Positions 1 to 6,714 of a stretch of 18,228 nucleotides of DNA are shown one piece after another. The stretch's first letter is position 1. Each line of letters starts with the position of its first letter. The notes beneath the pieces are model-generated. The model saw only the letters and a program-made list of their open reading frames with translations, ran no database searches and had not been told where the DNA came from. The translations under genes and the position numbers were made by a program. The DNA comes from Armatimonadia bacterium (GTDB taxonomy: Bacteria > Armatimonadota > Zipacnadia > Zipacnadales > UBA11051), in NCBI GenBank assembly GCA_039683575.1, contig JBDKRC010000324.1, forward strand, positions 1 through 18,228. The letters are read 5' to 3'.

Positions 1-561
1 GCGCGAGCCCTCCGGCAGCCACAGGTCGAGGTGATAGGGTACGCGCTTGATGCGCTCCCAGGCATACAGGCGCAGCACTTCGTCGCCCTGCGGTCCCTCA
101 ACGATGCCGGCATGCAGCGTCTCGCAGGTATGGTAATGGTGCCCGATCTGCCCGATGTTGAACTCGATGCCGCCGCTGGTCCAGGCATTGCGCAGGGCCA
201 GGTTGCCGGGCTGGTACACGGGGTTGCTGAGCAGCAGGTCGCGGTTTTCGGGCTTGGCAAAGATGGACCAGACCTTGCCGCCGACCTCCGGCAGTACCCG
301 CACCCGCAGGAACTCGTTTTCGAGCACGACCGAAACAAACTCGCGGGGGTCGCGGGCGCGATCGTAGCCGTCTTGTATGCGATAGGGCAGCACCCGCGAG
401 CCGGTCGCCCAGCCGAGCCCCTCGCGGTCCTCGGGCGGGATGTTGTTGGCCTCGGCGTCCACCGGGTGGTCGGGGTGGGGATCGCGGAAGGCGGGCAGCG
501 GATTCTCAGGGCCCAGGTTCGCGGCAGGTATGACAAAAGGCTCGATACGTAGTTCGGTCAT
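1..561 (-). CDS. DUF5107 domain-containing protein, N-terminal part (runs off the left edge)
   Basis: Not in the ORF track; translated by hand from ATG at 561: MTELRIEPFVIPAANLGPENPLPAF...VLPYRIQDGYDR...VVLENEFLRVRVLPEVGGKVWSI...NPVYQPGNLALRNAWTSGGIEFN. The LENEFL..VLPE.GG and NLALRNAW.SGGIE.N motifs are typical of DUF5107. SD-like AAGAAGGTG upstream; frame open to position 1. Confidence 0.85.
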   Translation of the reverse strand, partial: MTELRIEPFVIPAANLGPENPLPAFRDPHPDHPVDAEANNIPPEDREGLGWATGSRVLPYRIQDGYDRARDPREFVSVVLENEFLRVRVLPEVGGKVWSIFAKPENRDLLLSNPVYQPGNLALRNAWTSGGIEFNIGQIGHHYHTCETLHAGIVEGPQGDEVLRLYAWERIKRVPYHLDLWLPEGSR

Positions 562-601
562 GCGGTCAAACACCTTCTTGCTCTGGTGCAGCGTTTCGTG
601 G

Positions 602-2017
602 TTAGCGCCTGATTGTCACCAACCGGTTGATCTCCGCTGAAAGACCGGTGCGATTCCCGCCCGGCCACAGCACTTCCAGCTCCACCGGCCGCGTCCGCGC
701 CCCCAGCCCAAAGTGCAGCGTCAACTCGTTCTGGTTGCCCTCGCCGGTCCCTGCCTCCACCTGCCGCGTCAGGACTTTCTCTCCGTCCCGCACGCGCACC
801 TGCGCCCCAATCGCGGAACCCGGCCCGAGCAGCCGGACCTTCAGCCAGCTATTTCCTGTCGTCTGGTTCTGGTAGAGCTTCCCACCGGTCATCAGGTCCA
901 GGTCGCCGTCATTGTCGTAGTCCGCCCAGGCCGCCTGATAGGTCAGTTCCGCTACAATCCCCGCTTCGGCGGTGACATCCTTGAACCGCCAGTCACCCTC
1001 ATTGCGGTAAAGAACCGAGTGGTCGCCCTTGTAGACCGTGGTGAAGTACGGATCGAGCCTGCCGTCGTTGTCGAAGTCCCCAAGCGCGGGGCTGGCGAAC
1101 GACTCCTGCCACTGCAGCCCGGCGCGGGCGCTCATGTCCGCAAATCGCCAGTCAGGCCCGCCGAGGTTGCGCAGGAATTGCGGCCGGTCCTGGTAGGCCG
1201 GCGGGTGACTGAAGTTGCCCACAAACAGATCGAGGTGCCCGTCGTTGTCCAGGTCGCCCCACGCCGAGCCGATGGTATGGCCGCACAGGGGATACTCGCG
1301 CCCGCCCAGGTAGGTCAGCGACTCCTTGAGATTGCCCGCCACTCCCGAGGCTACCGCCACCTCGGCCAGACCGCCCTCGCCGTCGTTGCGCCATAGCAGG
1401 TTCGGTTGCAGGCGGTAGTTGGAGACATAGACATCGCTGTCCCCATCCTCGTCATAATCCGCCGCCGTGACCCCGCGCGCCGACAGCAACTCCCTGGCCG
1501 GCGTCCTCCACTGCTCGGTCAGACGCCCGTCTCCCCTGTTGAACAGGATGACGTCCGGGTACATCTCCTTTTCCCAGACCTCATAGCCACCCACGTACAG
1601 GTCCAGCAGCCCGTCCCCATTCAGGTCGGCCCAGCAGGCCCCGCGGCTGACCACAGTGGGCAGCGGCGGCAGGGAGGCTTTGGTGAACGTCCCATCCCCG
1701 TCATTGAGGAAAAGCTGTCCAGCGTTGTCCCACAGGAACAGGTCCAGGTCGCCGTCGTTGTCACAGTCACCCCAAACGCCGCCATCGCCCGTCGCGGTCA
1801 GGCCGGCAGCCTCATTGACCAGAACGAAGCGTTTCCCCGCCTCATTGTGATACAGGTTCGCGCCGATGAGTACATCCACCCAGCCATCACCGTCGTAATC
1901 ACCCCAGGCCGCATGTCCGCCACCTGACAGCCCCGCTTGCGCGGTGACATCCAGGAAAAGCGGCTCCGCCGCTACCGGCAGAGCCGTCAGAATGACCAGT
2001 AGTATTATGTTGCGCAT
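602..2017 (-). CDS. Secreted FG-GAP/VCBS-repeat protein with C-terminal ASPIC/UnbV domain (CRTAC1 family)
   Basis: Seven (W/A/L)(G/A)DxDxDGxxD-type repeats; C-terminal NSWLKVRL...AIGAQV...QNELTLHFGLG. Start moved to ATG 2017 (MRNIILLVILTALPVAA signal peptide; GAGGTG at 2021-2026). Confidence 0.9.
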   Translation of the reverse strand: MRNIILLVILTALPVAAEPLFLDVTAQAGLSGGGHAAWGDYDGDGWVDVLIGANLYHNEAGKRFVLVNEAAGLTATGDGGVWGDCDNDGDLDLFLWDNAGQLFLNDGDGTFTKASLPPLPTVVSRGACWADLNGDGLLDLYVGGYEVWEKEMYPDVILFNRGDGRLTEQWRTPARELLSARGVTAADYDEDGDSDVYVSNYRLQPNLLWRNDGEGGLAEVAVASGVAGNLKESLTYLGGREYPLCGHTIGSAWGDLDNDGHLDLFVGNFSHPPAYQDRPQFLRNLGGPDWRFADMSARAGLQWQESFASPALGDFDNDGRLDPYFTTVYKGDHSVLYRNEGDWRFKDVTAEAGIVAELTYQAAWADYDNDGDLDLMTGGKLYQNQTTGNSWLKVRLLGPGSAIGAQVRVRDGEKVLTRQVEAGTGEGNQNELTLHFGLGARTRPVELEVLWPGGNRTGLSAEINRLVTIRR

Positions 2018-2037
2018 CAGCACCTCGCTGCCTTGCT

Positions 2038-3924
2038 TCAGAACCCGGCCGTCAACACCGCCCCCGGTCGATCCGATACATACGGTGGCACACCCATGAG
2101 CTGCAGGAAGTAGTTCTCCGAGTAGTGATCCGCCTGCATCTTCTCGGGCTTGCCCACCCACAGCGACCAGATCGTGCCGCCGGGCTGATCCGGTACCGGG
2201 ACCTCAATTGGCGCCGCCCCCCGCCTTTCGCCGGTATAGACTTCGTCAAGCGCCACACTGCCATCGGGCCGCGTAACGATGAGCCGCACCTCTTCGGAAG
2301 CGCCGGTGCTGATCCCTATCCGGAAGCTGCGTGTGCCCGCTGGAACGTGGAAGTACTGCGGTGGCAACGCCCGGAAGAAGTACGCTTTGGTGACATCCAC
2401 CGCGTACGGGTGTGAGGGCACCTTCACGTCATACCACGGCCCGCCACCTTCGCTGGTCTGGATGAGCAGCGCGTAAGTACCCGGCTCCTTGACCTGCGTC
2501 GTGACCTGTTTGGTCTCCCCCGGTTCGACCTGCCCCTCGATGACCGGCGCGCCATTGGCCGCCACCAGCGCAAAGCCCAGGTTTGTGGGCCGCGCCTTCC
2601 CCGCGAGGTGCCGGATCGTGAACTTGACCGGCTCCGCCGGATTGCTGACCTGTATGTAAAGCTTGCTGTTGCCGCGCAGCCCCGTCGGGCCCGGCGCGGG
2701 CTGCGGGTCCGGCAGATTTGGCAACACGGCCTTGAGATTGGGCACCTGGACCTTCGCGAGGTCAACGGCGATGGTCAGCGGTTTGAGTGGGCTCACCGCG
2801 ACCGGCACCGGGTTCTTGACCCATTCCGCGACCTTCGCGTTGGCCTGTCCCAGCGCCTGCCAGTACAGCATGGGGTCCTCGAACCCCACCGGAAGCTCAT
2901 AGCCCGCCGCGGGCTTCTTCGTCGCCACCGAGGGGTGCAGCATGCTGATGGTCCACATGTTGTAGCCATCGCCGTTCGCCGCCGCGATGAATGCCTGATC
3001 CGCCATGTCCTGCGGCTTGTACATGTTCACGCGGAACCACGGGATGTACAGGTTGTTCGGGTTCAGCCCCTTGACCAGCTTCGCCTCAGCGGCCACGTCC
3101 GCGGTGTAGCCGAGCCCGTTGTACATCGGCCACGCCTCGATATAGGCGGGGGCCTGCGGTGTGCCCAGATGCCGCGCCCAGGGCCGCCGCAGGTGGTCGT
3201 CGGCGAAGGGCATGATCCCGAGGCTGAGTTTGGGGTTGATCTCGTGCGCCTGCCTGGCAAAACCCTCGGCGACCCGGTCCATCCGCTCTTCCAGGTGCGC
3301 CAGGTACACCATCTCTCCACCGTGCTGCTTGACCCACTCCCAGCGCTTGGCCGGCTCGACTTGCAGCCCCGGCGCGTGCTGTTTCGCGGCAAAGCTGCCG
3401 AAGCAGTCATCGCAGACGCACGGGACGCCATTGAGCAGCATCTCGATGTCCATCTTCACGCTCTTGATGGGCATAGAGCGTGAGAGCCGTGCCAACTCGA
3501 ACAGCCGGGCATAGGCGGTCTGCCACGACGCAAGTTGATACAGGCAATAGCGGGTCTTGTTCTGCACCCCGTCCGGCCCGACGAAGGCCAGGCTCACGGG
3601 AGCCGTCTCGGGCCGTTGCCCGCGGTTGCCGTCGTACAGCCACACGTGCAGATCCAGCCCGCCGTCCTGCACCGCCTTCGCCACCTCGCCCACCCACGCC
3701 GCGTAGCCGGGATCGTCAGCGGCGGCCTTGCCCGGATGGAGCTTCAGGTCAATGGCATTGAAGCCATTGTCGCGCAGCAGCGGCAGGAAGTCCCGCCAAC
3801 TCTGGCTCTCCAGCCCATAGAAGGCTCCGGTGTAGCCGCTTAGGACCGGGCGCGACTGAGCCACCGCCGGCACGAGGCAAAGCAGCGTGCCGGCGAGGCA
3901 CCATACGAGACAGTAACGCAGCAT
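2038..3924 (-). CDS. Secreted hypothetical protein: putative glycoside-hydrolase-like TIM barrel plus two C-terminal beta-sandwich domains
   Basis: Signal peptide ending AVA-Q; LRDNGFNAID, VKMDIE and CVCDDC..F motifs; Pro-rich linker (PNLPDPQPAPGP); SD AAGGA upstream. The CDS is solid, the function is tentative. Confidence 0.7.
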   Translation of the reverse strand: MLRYCLVWCLAGTLLCLVPAVAQSRPVLSGYTGAFYGLESQSWRDFLPLLRDNGFNAIDLKLHPGKAAADDPGYAAWVGEVAKAVQDGGLDLHVWLYDGNRGQRPETAPVSLAFVGPDGVQNKTRYCLYQLASWQTAYARLFELARLSRSMPIKSVKMDIEMLLNGVPCVCDDCFGSFAAKQHAPGLQVEPAKRWEWVKQHGGEMVYLAHLEERMDRVAEGFARQAHEINPKLSLGIMPFADDHLRRPWARHLGTPQAPAYIEAWPMYNGLGYTADVAAEAKLVKGLNPNNLYIPWFRVNMYKPQDMADQAFIAAANGDGYNMWTISMLHPSVATKKPAAGYELPVGFEDPMLYWQALGQANAKVAEWVKNPVPVAVSPLKPLTIAVDLAKVQVPNLKAVLPNLPDPQPAPGPTGLRGNSKLYIQVSNPAEPVKFTIRHLAGKARPTNLGFALVAANGAPVIEGQVEPGETKQVTTQVKEPGTYALLIQTSEGGGPWYDVKVPSHPYAVDVTKAYFFRALPPQYFHVPAGTRSFRIGISTGASEEVRLIVTRPDGSVALDEVYTGERRGAAPIEVPVPDQPGGTIWSLWVGKPEKMQADHYSENYFLQLMGVPPYVSDRPGAVLTAGF

Positions 3925-3940
3925 AGGGGATTTCCTTGCT

Positions 3941-5092
3941 CTACCTCGCGACCAGCACGAAGTAGTCGAGGTTCAGGTGAGTGTTGCCCTCTCCGGTGAG
4001 GCGTAGGACATGCTCGCCAGCGGCGAGGCTCAATGACGGTGACTTGCCCAGCCCTGTAAGCTGCAGCGCGGCCCATTCGGCGGCGGAGTAGCCCCAGCCG
4101 CCTGTCCCCGGGAACTTGATCAGCCCGAGACCCTCGGCGGGCTTGCCATCAACCATCACCGAGCGCAGGTCGAAGGGCTCCTGGGTAGCCGCACGGACAT
4201 ACAGGTCATACTTCCCCGCCTGCGGCACGGTGAACTTGTACTCCAGGAAGTGCCCGTTGCCGGCGTTGTTGAAGACGCTCTTGCCCCCGCTGGTCTGGAA
4301 GTGCTTGTCCGACACTTCCACCTTCCCCAGCCCCTCGCCGGCGATGTTCTCGGCCTCAATGACGACGCCGCCAGCGGGCATCGTCTCTAGCCGCTTGGGC
4401 TCCAGCGCCGTCTGCACGCTCGTCAGCACCACTGCCTTGACGGGCGACGAGGACAGGTTATAGCTCGGCCAGATGACGCTCAGGGGGGTGGCCTCCGCGG
4501 TGGCGATGACCTTGTCAGAAGTGAGTGAGTCGCGGCCGACGGCCTTCCAGGCATCGAGCGTGGTAGCTCCCACTGACAGGCTCGGCTGGCCCTGCGCACC
4601 GGGCACGGTCTGCAGCACGGCCCGCACTACACCCGTCGGCAGTGTCAGCGTCGCGTCGGCCTGCATGCGCTCCAGCGTGAACCGCGCGGGCAGTTCCCCC
4701 ACCCGCTTGCCGTCGAGCAACACCGGGACCTTCACATCCTGCGGCGGCTTCTGGTACGTCCCCGCCCACGCCAGATGCACCGTATGGTCGCCCGCTGGCA
4801 GGTCAGCCGTCGCCAGCCCCGCCTTGGCATCCCACTTGAGCTTCCCTGCCGCAAGCTGCCCTTCATCCAGCCGCGCCCATTTCACCGCCGACGGCAGATG
4901 TACGCCGACCTGCACTGGTGAGGCGGTATTGTAGGTCAGCACCGCCCGATCCGGCCAATAGCGCACAGCATACGCCCCCGGCCCCGAGGCGGAGAGCAAG
5001 CAGGCGCCATCGGCGAGTGCGGTCTGGGCGGCGCCGCAGAGGCTGATGGCGAGGCAGGCGAGGACGACAGTCAGTGGCAGAGCCTTCTGCAT
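3941..5092 (-). CDS. Secreted protein with C-terminal CBM6/CBM35-like carbohydrate-binding module
   Basis: Signal peptide; C-terminal VIEAEN...SGGKSV...LEYKFTVPQAGKYDLYVRAA...FPGTGGW...LAAGEHVLRL...NLDYFVL, a galactose-binding-like jelly-roll pattern. GGAG at 5100-5103. Confidence 0.8.
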   Translation of the reverse strand: MQKALPLTVVLACLAISLCGAAQTALADGACLLSASGPGAYAVRYWPDRAVLTYNTASPVQVGVHLPSAVKWARLDEGQLAAGKLKWDAKAGLATADLPAGDHTVHLAWAGTYQKPPQDVKVPVLLDGKRVGELPARFTLERMQADATLTLPTGVVRAVLQTVPGAQGQPSLSVGATTLDAWKAVGRDSLTSDKVIATAEATPLSVIWPSYNLSSSPVKAVVLTSVQTALEPKRLETMPAGGVVIEAENIAGEGLGKVEVSDKHFQTSGGKSVFNNAGNGHFLEYKFTVPQAGKYDLYVRAATQEPFDLRSVMVDGKPAEGLGLIKFPGTGGWGYSAAEWAALQLTGLGKSPSLSLAAGEHVLRLTGEGNTHLNLDYFVLVAR

Positions 5093-5113
5093 ACGATATC
5101 TCCGTATATCATG

Positions 5114-5443
5114 CTACTCTTGCAGCATCGTCTCAAGTTGCGCCCGTAACTCAGGCAGGTCATTGCTGACCACGGCCCAGACCGCTTCGGTGTCAATCCC
5201 GAAGTACTGGTGTATGAGAATGTGGCGCATGGCTACAATCTGTCTCCACGGAACCCTTTGGTGCGAGTTGCGGAAATCATCCGGAATTGCGCTCGCCGCC
5301 TCGCCGATGATCTCCAGATGATGAACCACCCACGTCTGTACCAGTTCGTTCTCGTCAAACTCCCTGCGCCCCTCAGAGGTATACTTGGAGATGCGCTCGA
5401 CGGCTTCCTGCATGTCCAGTAGTCGCTCGCGCACGTCCCTCAC
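5114..5443 (-). CDS. hepT: HepT-like HEPN ribonuclease toxin (DUF86)
   Basis: 109 aa; LEIIGEAA, VPWRQIVAM and RX4HXY (RHILIHQY) followed by FGID..VW. The GTG start overlaps the upstream TGA (GTGA). Confidence 0.92.
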   Translation of the reverse strand: MRDVRERLLDMQEAVERISKYTSEGRREFDENELVQTWVVHHLEIIGEAASAIPDDFRNSHQRVPWRQIVAMRHILIHQYFGIDTEAVWAVVSNDLPELRAQLETMLQE

Positions 5444-5928
5444 AGCGCTACCGCCTCTGCGAGTACCCGCTGGCGCAATCTGTCGCGCAGCCCGCGCTTG
5501 GTGACGACGTCTACCGGACGCCCCAGAATTTGCTCCAGGGCCAGTTTGAGCCCCGCGAGGTCCAGGAGGCTGCGGCCTGGCTCAAGCTCTACGAGCAGAT
5601 CAACGTCACTGTCGGCATCATCCTCGCCTCTTGCGACAGAACCGAAGATGTGGACATTGCGCGCGCCGTACCGCCGCGCCAGTCTCTCTATCCTGCCCTT
5701 CTGCCGCCGCAGTAACGCAAGCATGCTGTCTGACTTCCCCCAATTCCCGCGTAGATCAGCCGTCTGCCCGCCCTCCAGTAGCCACGCCTCAAGCTGTTCT
5801 CTCACGAACCGCCACTGCCGCCCGAGCTTGATCGCCGGAAGCTCCCCCTTGCGCGCCTTGTTGCGCAGTGTTACCGGATGCAGATGGAGGTACTCAGCCG
5901 TCTGCTCAAGTGTCATTAGCTCAGGCAC
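5440..5928 (-). CDS. mntA: MntA-like minimal nucleotidyltransferase antitoxin fused to an N-terminal excisionase-type HTH (HTH_17)
   Basis: Residues ~4-52 LMTLEQTAEYLHLHPVTLRNKARKGELPAIKLGRQWRF match HTH_17; residues 69-162 carry GSX10DXD (GSVARGEDDADSDVD) and LGRPVDVVT. AGGAG upstream of the GTG start. Confidence 0.9.
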   Translation of the reverse strand: MPELMTLEQTAEYLHLHPVTLRNKARKGELPAIKLGRQWRFVREQLEAWLLEGGQTADLRGNWGKSDSMLALLRRQKGRIERLARRYGARNVHIFGSVARGEDDADSDVDLLVELEPGRSLLDLAGLKLALEQILGRPVDVVTKRGLRDRLRQRVLAEAVAL

Positions 5929-5930
5929 CG

Positions 5931-5980
5931 TACTTCATTCTCCTGCATAGTGCTTCACAGAACTTTATTATACTTTACTA
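5931..5980. repeat. Five phased degenerate 10-bp direct repeats (candidate operator)
   Basis: Plus-strand units TACTTCATTC, TCCTGCATAG, TGCTTCACAG, AACTTTATTA, TACTTTACTA; C3, T4 and A7 are invariant, T1 and T5 are present in 4 of 5. Confidence 0.6.
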
Positions 5981-5995
5981 ATCCACCAAAGTCAT
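5967..5995 (-). promoter_or_regulatory. Sigma70-type promoter of the HTH-mntA/hepT module
   Basis: Perfect -10 TATAAT (5967-5972), 17-bp spacer, -35 ATGACT (5990-5995, 4/6 match), in an AT-rich patch of a GC-rich window. Confidence 0.7.
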
Positions 5996-6040
5996 CCGCA
6001 GCAGGCTGAACCGCGTACGTGCTTGCACTTTCGCCAGCAT

Positions 6041-6661
6041 CTACAGCCCGTTGTGCCCCCACATCACCGTGTTGCTGCGGATGACGCTGTCCGACAACCA
6101 CTTCGCGTGGCCGTCCATGAAGGCGCAGTTGGCGCCGTCATTGTGGATCTTGGAGGCCGGGCTGTATGGCGGGACGCAGGTAACCGTGCAGCACGCGCAA
6201 CTGACCGCATCCTGCGAGCAGTAGTGCGTCCACGGCCATTCCGCATCCACTGCCATCAGTATCTCGCTTGGGCGCTGGAAGCTGCCCAGTTTCTGCTGCG
6301 CGACGCCGCCCTCGAGCCAGATATGACGCATCGGCAGGGCATAGCCATAGGTCCCGCTTGACCACCGCGTGGAACTGTTGCTAGGGCACTTGAAAAGCTG
6401 GTAGTTCTTCAAGTACGGCTGGATGTCGCTGAACCACCAGAATCGCGCGGCTCCCTGGTCCTTGTACACCTGCGGCAGCATCTCATCGTAGTCCTGCACA
6501 TAGGAGAGCATCCCCAGGCCAAGCTGCTTGAGGTTCGACAGACAGCTCGACTGCCGGGCCTTTTCCCGGGCCTTGGCAAATACCGGAAACAGGATCGCTG
6601 CCAGGATGGCAATGATGGCGATTACTACCAAAAGCTCGATCAGCGTGAACCCTCGGCGCAT
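6041..6661 (-). CDS. DUF1559 / prepilin-type N-terminal cleavage-methylation and H-X9-DG domain protein (copy 1)
   Basis: [64 protein letters not shown] 6661 follows SD GGGAG. Confidence 0.93.
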   Translation of the reverse strand: MRRGFTLIELLVVIAIIAILAAILFPVFAKAREKARQSSCLSNLKQLGLGMLSYVQDYDEMLPQVYKDQGAARFWWFSDIQPYLKNYQLFKCPSNSSTRWSSGTYGYALPMRHIWLEGGVAQQKLGSFQRPSEILMAVDAEWPWTHYCSQDAVSCACCTVTCVPPYSPASKIHNDGANCAFMDGHAKWLSDSVIRSNTVMWGHNGL

Positions 6662-6688
6662 GTCAATCACTCCCTATGCAGGTTGGTC

Positions 6689-6707
6689 GGACGGACAAGC
6701 TCCGTCC
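6689..6707. other. Intergenic hairpin without U-tract
   Basis: Perfect 7-bp stem GGACGGA-CAAGC-TCCGTCC between the upstream stop and the pilin-like gene RBS. Confidence 0.5.
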
Positions 6708-6714
6708 AGCGATC

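Noticed and set aside
2018-2161. N-terminal extension of the FG-GAP ORF
   Set aside because: Overlaps the upstream gene; SD and signal peptide point to ATG 2017.
5770-5928. HTH_17 as the excisionase of a prophage or ICE
   Set aside because: No integrase, att-like repeat or phage genes; the domain is fused in frame to the MNT.
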